64,000 bases of DNA, taken from assembly GCF_038025025.1 (NCBI RefSeq), contig NW_027117352.1, positions 620,001 to 684,000 on the forward strand, read 5' to 3'. How positions within the stretch are numbered: the first letter of the stretch is position 1; each line of letters opens with the position of its first letter. Below the pieces are notes generated by a model. That model worked only from the letters and a program-made list of their open reading frames with translations. It was not told where the DNA came from and did not search any database. Positions 21,801 through 36,000 of the stretch are shown one piece after another. The position numbers and the translations under genes are program-made. The DNA is from Phyllosticta citribraziliensis (Eukaryota).

Positions 21801-24800
21801 AGGGCAATGAAGGCGTCTGCAAAAGTTGGATCTGCCTTCCATCCCTCCGTTCGTTCGATGAGAAACGACAGCGACTCCAGAGAGTCTGAATTAGCTGCAT
21901 GGACGAGCGGAGTGAATCCTCGGAAGCATGTAGCACGTAAAGCTTCCTTCCAGTCGCTGTCGAGCAAGGTAAGGGCTTCGAGAATCTCAGGGTTGTTTTC
22001 TTTTGCTGCAAGATGCCAAACATTACAACCCGATTCGTCGATAGCGCCCGGGTTGGCACCGGCCTCCAAGATCAGAGTGAGACCCTGAGTGTTTCTGTTT
22101 GAAGAGCACTTATGGAGAGGGGTCTGACGCATCTGATCGACTTTGTGAACGCTGGCTCCCGAACCGAGCAAAATTCTCATGGCTCTGACTGAGCCCTGTG
22201 AGGTAGCTCGATGAAGGGCGGATTGTCCGGAATCATCTGCGGCGTCTATGTCGATACCAGGGCGCTTCAAAAGGTCCTGCAGCACAGACTCCTGATCGTG
22301 CGCTGCTGCCTCCCAAATGGATTCTTGCAGCTCCTCGGGTTCGCCAGGTTCCGGCCCCTCATCACCGATTTCCTGAACCTTTAGCTGCAGCTCAAGTTGA
22401 ATCTTCAGCTTAGTGTACCAATCTGTCAGACGCGCGGGAATCCAGTCGTCACTTATCGCTCGTACGACGAGTTCCATTGCAGACGGGTCTTGCATTCGCC
22501 ATTCCAAGATGGACAGTTCATGCTCCTCTAGACGCCCACCGAAGTCCCCGACAAGAGAGACAAGTTCAGATATAAGTTTTCTTTCGTATTCGTCTGTGCA
22601 GTTCATGTCCAGTACAATGCCCATTACGCTGATCGATCGATGATTGGTCCTCCAGGGTAGTTCATGGGCGTATAGATTATGGGAGCATGTTGCCCCAGAA
22701 GCAAAAAGCATCTGTAGTATCGGTTTCAGAGCCGTCTCGGACCGAGCCTCCCAGGGTTGACATTTTTGTCCATAGCCGTCGATTCCAGTGAGTACGCAGT
22801 GTACTGGGGTACCGAAATCACTCATTTGATTTGCTTCACATCCCATGTCCAATAGCCACTGCACGATTTCGGGGATTCGGAACATGGCAGCAAAGTGGAG
22901 GGGACCCATGCTGCCACTGGCGATCGCCGATGTCAGCCGTTTGAAGGACGATGGTCCATGAAGAAACCTGTCTCCGTGGCGTAAAGAAGAACGGATTACT
23001 TTTTCCTGGGCCCAAGAAAGAAAGTTGTGAGTTTTGGTAGGGCTCAACAACACTTTGGCTTTGTCCAAAACACGTTGATCGTCCCAACCTTCCCGACAGA
23101 CACTGAAAGCATCCACGGCAAATTTTCTGAATGGGTATCGTCTCCAACGCTCGTCCATCTCTTCCAAGCTATTGGCCAACTTCAAGCTGAAATCGGTCCA
23201 GGTCAAGTAGGTCAGGCGCTGGATCGAAAGCTTGACCACCGCTGCCTTCCGGTCCATGTGATAACGAACAAGGTTTTTCCTCCGGATTGGATCGATAGAG
23301 AGAAGAAACTCCTCCACAGTGAAATGAGAGATTTCGAGGTAGTCTCCCTTGACTGATTTGCGCACTAGGCTACTGCACAAAATCAAAATATCGCCGAGGC
23401 CGGGAACGTCTTCGTGGTTGAGCTGATTCGACCCATCCTTGATCGCAAGAGCCTCGCAGAGAGCAGCAATGTCCATTCTTGGAGCGAACAGTAGCCACCT
23501 CAGTGTGTACTCGACGAGCTCTTGTTCATCAGTGCCACACTGGTTCACCCTCTCGAGAATGCGTTCATATGTTTCGGAAAGGGTAGTTGGGAGGCTTCGC
23601 AAAGCTTTGCGGAGTGCTGAGTCTGTACGCGATCTGCATAGATCATCCAGTTGGCAAGTTACCCACCGGAACCTTGTATAGCAGTCAGCACTAACGAGGA
23701 GGTCAATGAATTATCTGAACATACATCCCGTCCGCCTTGTTGACAAGACATTCCACAATCTCTGCTTTTAAGGCCGGATTCGGTTCGTGCAATCTTCCTT
23801 CTTCAATTCGAAGCTCAACCTCCGCAGCAACGTAAAGCTGCAGGTCATCAGTGTGAGCTGCGATGGGAATGTGTGCGTATGTTTTCTCCAGACGGCTCCT
23901 CAAGTGATGCTCATCTCGACTGAGAAAAAGGGTACTGATTCTGCTGAATTTGTCGCCATTCAGCTTCTGGAGTATGTTGACGACTGGGACTTGATTTTCG
24001 CCGCATTCATCAAGGGCATCCACGACGATGGACGCTTCGTCGAATGAAGAACGACACATTTCTCTAATCAAATCGAGAAGGCGCTGGGCTTCGGGACGTC
24101 TTGGACCTCTTCCTTTGGGATGACACTCGACATAGTACTTCTCCAGTTTCTCGAAGCTCTCCTGACTTTCATCCTGGCGCGAAATTTGAGCGGCAATGGC
24201 ACCAAGAATTTTGACAGGGTCTTGTCGGTTCTGATCCTTGTAGTCGCAGTAGAAGTAGGCGACAGCTCTCCTGGAAGAGCTTTGCTTCAAAGCCTCTTCG
24301 ACTACCAGGGAAGCCAAGACGGTTTTGCCCGCGCCGGGAATGCCAGATAGCCACAGCTTCGACCCTGGAATATCGAGCCATTGCTTGAATGCTCCGTGTT
24401 CGATCAACCACAGTCCAGTCAGAGGGTGACGCAGCTTCAAGCTTGTATCATGGTTTGAGCTCGGATCAACACTTCCGAAGAAGTCAAGGACCTTCCGGCG
24501 GTGATCATCCATGGAAATACGCGTTTCAAACTCCCATCTGCGCTTCGTCTCGGAGTTCAGCTTTTCTATCTCGTCATTTATTTTTCCAAGCTCGTTTCGG
24601 ATCTCGGTTTGCGTGGAAAGAGATTGTAGGAGTCGATGCATGGAGTCTGCATTCATGGATTGACTGATCTCGGTGTGAAGCCCTGAAATTTGATCCACCA
24701 ATTTCTTGGTCTCTGACGATGAAAAGGGCCAGGACAATTTGATCTTGATGGAGTTTGCGAGGCCGTTTTTCGCTGACGGCTCTCTGCCTTCCAGTGCCTG

Positions 24801-25064
24801 TTTGATTCTTTGAAGTATTCGCCCGCATGATTCAAAATGGCGGTGCCGGATTTCTCGTCGAGCATCTTGATCGTCGAGCTCCAGAGACAAGCGGAAAAGG
24901 CTGTGCAACACGCCTGACAGGGCCTGGGTCTTTTCTGCCAGCAAAGCTATGTCGGATTCTGCGTCCTTCACAGCTTTGGCATAGCGGAAGACTTTGCTGA
25001 AAACGACATCTGCGAGGGACACGAGGCCAGCGACACTCGCCGAGACGGATAATGGATCGGTCAT
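18834..25064 (-). CDS. Fungal NLR-like STAND protein: HeLo-like/fungal N-terminal domain, NACHT, ankyrin repeats (~2042 aa)
   Basis: N-terminus MTDPLSVSASVAGLVSLA, Walker A GIPGAGKT, Walker B SIVVDALDEC. Intron 23673-23724 restores ADGMFRWVTCQL; intron 20585-20634 joins the 991-aa and 568-aa ORFs in frame. Many ankyrin repeats (TPLH, GKTALM, GYTPLL, GSALMAAC). Confidence 0.9.
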
Positions 25065-25548
25065 TGGCGATTAGCGATCGCTTTTCGGATTTCGAGAGTC
25101 GTTCCGTGACGATGGTGTCAGCCAACGGCAGGATAGTGTCGCTGATGAAATGGTAGAAGGAACAACGACGGAACAGAGGAGCGTGAAGCGAAGACCCCTA
25201 TAGATCAGACCCCATTCTCCACAGCCCCCAAAGCCTGAACGCGCCGCGCTCATCAGAGCCCAGTGAACTAATCATCTGGGGTGTGCAAGGCTGAAATGTA
25301 GACGGCTGCGCGTTCTGCTTATGTGCAGGGGTACAGCTGGCGAGGCACTTTGAACTTCAGCCAACCCCATGTTCTCCATCTTTTCTCCCCCCTGCTTATC
25401 AGGTGAAGGATTCAGCCTTGAGAAGACGACGAGAGCGCCGCCGTGTGGGAGCATTGTGACAGGAGCGTGGTATGGAACAGGGAAGAGGCGTCGTCCAAGG
25501 GCAGCGCCTACTTGAGGTGCCTGAGAAAGAAAATCAAGTAGTCTTGCC

Positions 25549-25568
25549 AAAAAAAAAAAAAAAAAAAA
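25549..25568 (+). repeat. Poly(A) homopolymer (20 nt) in the NLR/BNA6 divergent intergenic region
   Basis: Directly visible run of A. Confidence 0.9.
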
Positions 25569-25863
25569 GGACCGTCGGAGAGGTTGTTTGTTGAAGATGG
25601 ACGTTGGAGCCACAGCAGGGTGTAGCCGACAGACTCGGCCCAAACGGCGGAGCGTCAACCCCGCTGCCGACGTCGGGACCGCCCGTGCCGCCATCCGTTC
25701 CGCCCCGCGAGCTCGGCCCGAGATTCATCGACGACTCACTCCGCTCACTCACGCTGAGTCCATGACAAGCAGACTGCTTTCTTCAGCCTAACGCCCCTCC
25801 CTCAAACCAGTCTCACCAATTCCTTCCCCAGTCTCGCCAAATCAACCCCCAATTGACAGCACC

Positions 25864-27133
<1,270 letters not shown>

Positions 27134-27559
27134 CGGGCTGCAGGACGATGAGAGCACGTCAATATTCACTGAGGGCGGATCAATCTGCTCTTTGCGCTTG
27201 TGGAGATGCAAATGGGTTTTCAAAAACTAAACATTGTTGATTGGGAAAACGCCGACGTATCCCTCTCTATAGCTCCAGTCCTCCGTGCTCCCATTAGAGT
27301 TGCGCCGGGCATGGCGGGGTCGTCAAAGTTCCCAAGTAGCCGTCGTGTCAATCGTCAAGAATTCCGTCCGGTCCGATCATGAGATGAATCCAAATATGAG
27401 AAATAAACGCCATCCTCGTCCAGGTATTTTATGCAGCGGCCAGTCGTCGGCCATGTAAGTAGTTGGTCCAGCAGGTATCCCGAGTTCAAGCATTAGGGCA
27501 GCACCGCGCCTGAAAGCAGTCTTGGCTGTGCGCCTGGGGCAATCAACCTGCCCAAAACA

Positions 27560-28471
27560 TCAGGACGCAAACCTGACGACCCGCTTTGGCACTTCTCCTC
27601 CCATGTTCCTCTCCGAAATGGAAGCACCAAGCCTCCTACGCTCGCTCCTCTTCTGGCGCGCCTCCCGGGCCTCACGTGCGCGCCACTCGAGAATTTGTTG
27701 CCGGCGTCTGAGCACCCGCTGCTGGGCAACGGCGTGCGTTGGCCGGAACCCCACGCCGTTGATGCCGTAACCATCATCCTCACGCTCCTTGTCGATCAGA
27801 TGACCAGTGATTTCCGACTCCTGCCAAGTGAGGTTGGATGGGTCGACAGGGCTGGGGTTGACGGTGGCAGCGGGAGACGTCGCAGATGACTCGGGGTCGG
27901 GCGGCGGAGAGGGAGCGCGCAGCTTGGAATCGTTCTGTCGGCGACCACCAGAGAGGAAAAGTTTGACGGAGGGTGAGGATGAGGGCGTTGGGGGTGAGAG
28001 TTGTTGCTGGCGTAGTGCGGCCTGCGAGACATGGTTGCCAAATGCAGACTGAGGGGTTTCCGCTATTTCCAGAACGGGCTGCGGCGGCGGACTGTACGAG
28101 GCAGCATGTCGATGATGTCCAAAGCCATGTCTGCCGTTTGCGGCACCGTGGCCGACGGTACCAGGCTGCTCGTACATGTGTTTTGCTTTTTTGGCATTCA
28201 TGGAGCTCGAGTCGGCGGCGGGGGTGTTGCCAAAATCGATCTTGGGCAGCGCGGCTCCGGGTTCCAGCTGCAGGTGGCCGAACTGCCTGGCCACGCTCGT
28301 CCGAGGACTCTCAGAGCCGACAGAGGCGTGTGGTAGTGGAGCGGTGTGCGGATCGCCGTCTGAAGTGGCAGGGCCAGGTCCGGGGAAAGCGGAGGTGTTG
28401 ATGCGGGGCGCGAAAGGTGTCGGAGTAGCGGGGTCGGAAGGGCCACGCTTGCGCTTGGGCGAGACGGTCAT
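27560..28471 (-). CDS. Conserved fungal hypothetical protein (Pro/Ser-rich, basic C-terminal domain)
   Basis: ORF MTVSPKRKRG... ends with the conserved-looking block LTWQESEITGH...DDGYGINGVGFRPT...EWRAREAREARQKRSERRR...RVVRFA. NLS-like N-terminus. Confidence 0.7.
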   Translation of the reverse strand: MTVSPKRKRGPSDPATPTPFAPRINTSAFPGPGPATSDGDPHTAPLPHASVGSESPRTSVARQFGHLQLEPGAALPKIDFGNTPAADSSSMNAKKAKHMYEQPGTVGHGAANGRHGFGHHRHAASYSPPPQPVLEIAETPQSAFGNHVSQAALRQQQLSPPTPSSSPSVKLFLSGGRRQNDSKLRAPSPPPDPESSATSPAATVNPSPVDPSNLTWQESEITGHLIDKEREDDGYGINGVGFRPTHAVAQQRVLRRRQQILEWRAREAREARQKRSERRRLGASISERNMGGEVPKRVVRFAS

Positions 28472-28989
28472 GGATGTGTGAGTTGGGGTGGTGAGGAGTC
28501 TGGATGACTGCGGAATGGAAAGACTGCAGGGTGGAGAGCGAGGCAAGGTTCAAGTTGGCTGTTGAAGGTGAGGTCGGAGTGTGGTGGATTGTGTGCGGAG
28601 GGGCAAGTGCGGTGCGGTGCGGGTCGGGAGACTGACAGAGTCCTGCCGCTGACGCACGCCTCTGACTTTTGACCGGGACCGCTGCGAGATGCGTACGATA
28701 GGGCTGACGTCTGCTGTGAGTGGTCTTCAATGTCTGCAGGTGGTGAAGTTGAGACGACGTTCAGCTGCTTCGAGGCCTGTTCTTTTTTTCGACTGTGACA
28801 CAAAGCAAAGGCTGCCTTGGCCAATAATGACCCAACCAACGCCTGGCTTCAATCCGTCTTTGACCACATCCCATGTACCCAGCAAAGCAGCCAATCATTG
28901 CTTTCGAAATGACCAACACCCAACCGTCCTTTGTATGTACCATGAAATCGTGCTGACGCTCGCCATACAAGCAACTGTCGCTTGTGACC

Positions 28990-29593
28990 TCACCAGACCT
29001 TCCACCATTTCTTCTTCGCCTCCTCCGCCAGCCGGTCGGCCTCCTCCTTGGCCTTGCGGCGCGCTGCGATCACCTCCTCCTTCTTCTTCTTCTTCTCTTC
29101 CTTTTTGCGGTCCATCAACTCAACGGCTTGTGTCATGTACTGCTTCTCCAGCGCTCGTTTTCTGCGCAAAAATTCATACGAGAGTAGCGACGTGCCCATG
29201 AAGACGCCTACTGCCCAATTGCAAGATTTCTTGACTGGTTCTACAGCATGACATGTTAGATTTTGGGCTGCAACCAGATTCGGACGCAAACTTACTGCCC
29301 CAGATGGCCATCAGACCACCCACGCCAAAGCCGCCGCCGATTCCTGCCAAAAATGCTTCTCTGGCGCATGGCTGCTGATGCACCTTGAGAAGATCCTCAG
29401 GCTTGAAAGTCTGAGCGAGGCTGTTGCCAGTCAAAGGGTCCAGCTTTTCGCCTCCTGCCGTGTGCTGTGTTCCGCCGGGCATGATGTTTGCGCTCTGCCC
29501 TGGCGGAGGCGGGCTCACGAATTTCGGAGAGCTAGGGGGAGTCGCATTGGTGGCGTTGGAGTCGGGCTGGGTCTGCCGGGTGTCGTCTGCCAT
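28990..29593 (-). CDS. COX20: Cytochrome c oxidase assembly protein Cox20
   Basis: MADDTRQ...VHQQPCAREAFLAGIGGGFGVGGL; intron 29241-29295; then KPVKKSCNWAVGVF...YEF...lysine-rich tail...WWKVW. Confidence 0.85.
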
Positions 29594-30008
29594 TGTGAAT
29601 TGGGTCCTTGATTGCGATGCAGATGCAGAGAGTAGGCGGAAACACCTCACGGTCGGGCAGCTGGCGGCGGCGGCGGCGGCGGGAGCGGAGCTTCCAGTTC
29701 TGGCAGGTGCGGCTTGGCACTTTCGGTCGTTTCGATTCGCCGCCGCGACCAGACCACCCACGGCAGGACCGCCAGACGCGTCCACCGCACGAACGCGAGG
29801 CGACGCGACCCGCTCTGTCAATCAATCAAATCGCAGCCAATCCACTCGTCCAACTCCATCCAGCCCAGCGCTTCGCCTTCTCCACCCTAACCCGCCCAAA
29901 CAACCTCTCCGCAATCCCAGATTCCTCGACCGTCCTCAAATGCCTTTTACCTGAATACTCCCACCTCGACGCCCTCTCCCGCCGCCGCGGCCTTCGCGAC
30001 GCCGCATC

Positions 30009-33000
30009 ATGCCTGGTCCTCGCCGCCCCGGCACCTTTCGCCGGCTGGGCAAAGACGGCTCCACCTCGTACAGCTCTCGCAAGAACTTCAAGTCCATTGA
30101 CGCGTCAACCCTCCGAAGTAGCGAGGCAACATCTCAAAATGAGAAGCTCGAGGCGACACGGCTGGCCCACAGTATCGACGAGGCCATGGGCTTCGCTCGC
30201 TACGAGTCCGGCAAGAAAAAGATCGGCTGGTTGCTCAATATGCACAGTACGAGCATAGAGGATGACAACCAACCTGGTGGCCGCGCCGGAGTCGACTTTT
30301 ATTTCATCGGAGACGACGGAGAATACTTCAAGGCCACAGTCGGCTACGATCCCTACTTCCTGATTGCAATAAAGAGAGGGAAGGAGGCCGAAGTGGAGGA
30401 ATGGTGCAAGAGAACATTCGAAGGCCTGGTAAAGAATGTCTCAAAGGTGGAAAAGGAGGACCTGAATATGCCAAACCATCTGTTGGGATATCGGCGGACA
30501 CTGTTGAAGCTCTCCTTCGTCAACGTCCCGGACCTTCTCAGTGTGCGCAAGGCCATTCTACCTCTTGCGCAAAAGAATAAGAAAAAGATGAATGCGATGG
30601 ACACGTACGCAGAGGTGGCCAGGTATGGACGACATCTCCCCACGCCCACACCGGCTAACGCAATTCAGCGCGAATGCCGGCTTTGACATTTTTGACGACG
30701 ATCAAGATGTCGATAAACGGCCAAACGGATTGGTAGATGCCAGCGATTTCGTCGTCGACATACGAGAATACGACGTACCGTATCATGTCCGGGTTTCGAT
30801 AGACTTAGGTTTGACCAAATTTCTGAGCTTAGTGATTGCCTTCGCTGACCGTGTCCAGACATCCGCGTCGGTAAATGGTATACTGTCGAGGCAAAACACG
30901 GCATAACAACCCTCAAGTGCATCGAGGACCGCCTCACGCGTGCCGACCCGGTCGTGCTGGCCTGGGATATCGAAACCACCAAATTGCCCCTAAAGTTCCC
31001 GGATTCCTCCTTTGACCAGATCATGATGATTTCGTACATGATTGATGGCCAAGGCTTCCTCATCACCAACCGAGAAATCGTCTCCGAGGACATTGCCGAC
31101 TTTGAATACACACCGAAGCCCGAGTACGAAGGCCCGTTCATGATTTTCAACGAGCCCGATGAAAAGGCCTGCATAGAGCGCTTCTTCGAACACATCAAGG
31201 AAGCAAAACCGACCGTCATGGTGACATACAACGGTGACTTTTTCGATTGGCCGTTTGTCGAAGCTAGAGCCAGCATTCTGGGAATAGACATGTATCAAGA
31301 GATTGGATTTCGGAAGAACAGTGAAGACATCTACCAAGCCGACCATTGTTGTCACATGGATGCCTTAGCTTGGGTCAACCGCGACAGTTATCTTCCTCAG
31401 GGAAGTCGAGGCTTGAAAGCTGTCACTGTCGCCAAACTCGGTTACGACCCTGACGAACTCGATCCGGAACTTATGACCCCTTACGCCGCCGAAAAGCCGC
31501 AGATTCTTGCAGAGTATTCAGTTTCCGATGCTGTCGCCACTTACTACCTGTATATGAAATACGTCCACCCTTTCATCTTCTCGCTCTGCACCATCATTCC
31601 ACTGGGACCCGACGACGTGCTGCGCAAAGGCACAGGAACCCTCTGCGAAATGTTGCTCATGGTACAGGCCTACTACAAGAACATTGTTTTACCAAACAAG
31701 CACGTCGCACCGAAGGAAGCATTCTGGGACGGTCACTTGTTAGAGTCGGAAACCTATGTTGGAGGTCACGTCGAAGCCCTCGAGGCTGGAGTGTTCCGCA
31801 GTGACATTCCCTGCAACTTTGCGCTGGATTCCGCAGCTTTTGATGAACTCATCAACGATCTCGATGCAGCTCTCAAATTCAGCATCACCGTGGAAGAAAA
31901 AAAGTCGATGGATGACATTGTCAACTACGACGAAGTCAAGGCGCAAATCGTCGAAAAGCTCGAGAACCTCAAGAATACCCCGAACCGAAGCGAGCGGCCA
32001 TCAATATATCACTTGGACGTTGCATCCATGTATCCCAACATCATGACGACCAACCGTTTGCAGCCGGACTCGATGGTCACCGAGGCCGACTGCGCTGCGT
32101 GCGACTTCAACAGACCTGGCAAGACCTGCGACCGCCGCATGCCATGGGCTTGGAGAGGCGAGTACCTTCCCGCCAAACGAGACGAATACAACATGATTCG
32201 ACATGCACTGGAAAACGAGAGGTTTCCGGGAAGGAAGCCAGGGGGTCCCACCAGGTCTTTCTCTGAATTAACAGAAGAGGAGCAAGCCGGTTACGTCAAG
32301 AAACGACTCCAGGACTACAGCAAGAAAATTTACCACAAGATCCATGATGCAACGACGATGGAGCGTGAGGCCATCATCTGCCAGCGCGAGAACCCCTTCT
32401 ACGTCGACACGGTCAAAGACTTCCGCGACCGCCGTTACGACTTCAAGGGCAAGCAAAAGGTCTGGAAGGGTAAGACTGACGCTCTGAAAGCTTCAGGCGC
32501 CAGCGCCGCAGAAGTTGATGAGGCGAAAAAGATGATCATCTTGTTCGACTCCCTGCAATTGGCCCACAAGGTCATTCTCAACAGTTTCTACGGTTATGTC
32601 ATGCGAAAGGGATCTCGATGGTACTCCTTGGAGATGGCAGGAATCACCTGCTTGACCGGCGCTCGCATTATCCAACTCGCCCGATCGTTGGTCGACCGAA
32701 TTGGTAGGCCGCTGGAACTCGACACTGACGGAATTTGGTGTATCCTTCCGGCTACGTTCCCCGAAAACTTTGCCTTCAAGACCAAGAACGGAAAAAAGGT
32801 GGCGATTTCATACCCTTGTGTCATGTTGAACCACCTGGTCCATGATCGATTTACCAATCACCAATACCAGACTCTGGTGGATCCAAACACATTCCGCTAC
32901 GAGACTCACAGCGACAACACCATTTTCTTCGAAGTCGACGGCCCGTACAAGGCAATGATTCTTCCCACCTCAAAAGAAGAGGACAAGGGTCTGAAAAAGC

Positions 33001-36000
33001 GTTATGCCGTCTTCAACCACGACGGCAGCTTAGCTGAGTTGAAAGGTTTCGAAGTCAAGAGAAGAGGAGAACTGAAACTGATCAAAATCTTCCAAACGCA
33101 AATTTTCAAGTTCTTCTTGGAGGGCACCACACTCGAGGAGACCTATGCCGCGGTCGCCAAGGTGGCCAATCAGTGGCTCGACGTCCTCCACCAACATGGC
33201 ACCACGCTTGCAGATGAAGAGCTCATTGATCTCATCTGCGAGAACAAGAACATGTCCAAGACGATTGAGGAGTACGGAGCACAAAAGACGACCGCCATCA
33301 CCACGGCAAAACGTCTAGCCGAGTTCCTTGGAGAGCAGATGATCAAGGACAAAGGTCTGAACTGCAAATACATCGTTTCATCCCAACCAAGGAATGCTCC
33401 TGTCACTGAAAGAGCCGTCCCGGTTGCAATCTTCTCGGCCGAGGAGTCGGTGAAGAAATTCTTCCTGCGGAAATGGCTCAAAGTCGACCCCGAGGACGCT
33501 GATCCGCGCACCATCATTGACTGGAATTACTACCTCGAGCGTCTGGGATCCGTCATTCAAAAACTCATCACCATTCCCGCAGCGCTTCAGAGAGTTCGCA
33601 ACCCAGTACCCAGAGTGCCCCATCCCGAGTGGCTTGAACGGAGAATCAGAATCAAGGACGACGTGTTCAAGCAGACCAAGATGACCGACTTGTTTTCCAA
33701 GAAGGCTTTGACCGACATTGACGCCAACGCTGTGAGCAAAAAGGTCATGGATCTCGAGGACTTTGGTTCTTCGCAAGTTGGGAAACCGAAGAAGGGCACG
33801 GTGACGAGGATGGTTCAAAAGCGGAAAGCACCCGAGCCAGCTGTCCCCGTTTCGACCGATCCCTACGCAAGCTTACCACCAAACATGCCGTCCCTCACCG
33901 AGGACTACCCAGGTTGGCTCCGGTACCAAAAGCAAAAGTGGAGGATTCAGAGACAGCAGAGAGCCCGCAGACGCCAGCTGTTTGGAGAGAAACGCACAGA
34001 TACGACAGATGGCTTAGGAAGCTTCTTCAGGAATCAGGCCGAGATGCTGTACCTCAACACATGGCAGCTGCTCCAGTTGCGCGAGGGCGATCTACCCGGC
34101 GAGGTCAAAGCCTTTGTCTTGCTCGACAAGAAGATACACGTGTTGCGAATAGTTGTGCCCCGCCAGGTATATCTGAACCTCAGAAGCGACGACCTTCCCG
34201 ACGTGTCCATCGAGGACTGCAATGTCGAAAAGGTCATCAATCACACGCTGCCAAACGGTCACCCTTCGGTCCATCTCTTCAAGCTTACCATGTCGGAGCA
34301 AACATTTGTGCAGGAGTCCAAAAAGTTTAGCGTCCTCTTCAACCACCCGAGCGTCGAGGGTGTCTACGAAACTCAAGTGCCGCTCAACATTCGCGCAGTC
34401 CTGGAACTGGGCACTGTCTGCTCTTTTGATGAAAGTCAGCGCGGTGTCCTCGGCAAAGGTATGGAGCAAGGGTTCGACCTGTCTGCCCTTCGTCACGTCC
34501 CAACTCAGCAGCCATACCTCACCACCAACCCCTTGGGATACCTCTACGTACACCAAATCGTTGCTGGTGATCGCCAGATCTTCTCCGTCTTTTCCAGCAG
34601 TAAAGATCAAGCCTACGTCATCGTTTTGAATAGATCAAGAGATACCCAGGGCATGCCGAACTTGGACAAGATCTACAGAGACAGCTACACGGGGCGAGTT
34701 CAGGAGAATGAGGGCCAGCCATGGCAAGACACGTTTGAATACCAAACCGACCTCAAATTCAAAGTCGTACAGGTGACAACAAAGCGCAAAGCGCATCTCG
34801 AGGTCGCCGATGCCATCAAGAGGTTGAAGAGCGAGGAGTCGAGGCCGCTGATCGCCGTCGTCCGGACGGAGAACCAGAAACTGTTGGCGCATGACATCCC
34901 GGCACTGAAAGAGCTGCCCATCTTGCCGCTTCAAGCTGACGAGGCCGACAAACAGCTTCCACCGCTAGGATGGCAATCATTTGTGGCCCGCCGTCTCGTC
35001 GACCATTATCTGGATCTTGGGACCTGGATTACGCACTTGATTGGTCTTGCTCGGTACGGGGACATACCCCTCTGCAATTTGGAGCGAGACGACCCTCGAT
35101 TCCTGATTGACATCTCCTACGCTAGGCGGCTGCAAAAAGAAAAGGTCGTCCTGTGGTGGTCCGATGGCCCGAAGCCTGATCACGCCGGCTACGAAAAGGA
35201 TGACGTCCTGGGTCAATTGGAGACGGCGGAAATGCCATCCATCAACAATCCTGGCACCTACTCATCCGTCTGCATTGATCTTGAAATCAAGAATTTGGCC
35301 ATAAGCACTGTTCTCTCCTCTTCCATCATCAATGAGATGGAAGGATCAGACTCTGTATCATTCAATCCCGCTGCACCCACAGAAGACGCCCCGTCTGATG
35401 GGACCAACATCATCTACTCGGACAATGCCTTTGCCTCGGCCGGTATCTTGGTGCTGCGGGAAATGGTCAAGGCCTGGTGGGCTGAAGCTGAAAGGGGCAG
35501 CTACATGGCTGACGTCATGGTCCAACATCTTGTCCGCTGGGTCGAATGCCCTGGGTCATTCTTGTACGACCGCGCTCTGCACTACTACGTACAGGTCATG
35601 TCAAAGAAGGCGTTGCAGCAGCTCATGTCGGACTTCCGCCGAGTCGGCTCGCACGTCGTCTTTGCCAGCGCAAATCGTCTGCTGCTCCAAACCACCAAGG
35701 CCGAGGTCGGCAACGCATACGCGTACAGCCAGTACATTCTCAAGACGGTCCATGCAAAACCGCTTTTCCAATCTCTTGACCTCCAAATCAAGGAGTACTG
35801 GGACTATCTGGCTTGGTACGATGAGTTCAACTACGGCGGCAAAGGCTGCAAAGAGGTCGTTGAGGCTGAGAACCAGACTCTGGACACCATCATGCACTGG
35901 CACTTTGCGACATTCCTCCCTCCGGTCCTCCAACCCGTGTTCAACGATTGGGTGATCGAGTTCATTGAACTCATGCACGCACGCAAGCGTCCGCAGATCG

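Noticed and set aside
10035..25064. Amyloid-signalling (HET-s/NWD2-type) NLR-effector pair
   Set aside because: The NLR has a full N-terminal helical domain rather than a short amyloid motif, and the paralogs have no visible N/G/Q-rich C-terminal pseudo-repeat.
30954..30990. POL2 ExoI motif reads AWDIE rather than the more familiar AFDIE
   Set aside because: Conservative aromatic change with catalytic D and E intact; no evidence of a functional effect.
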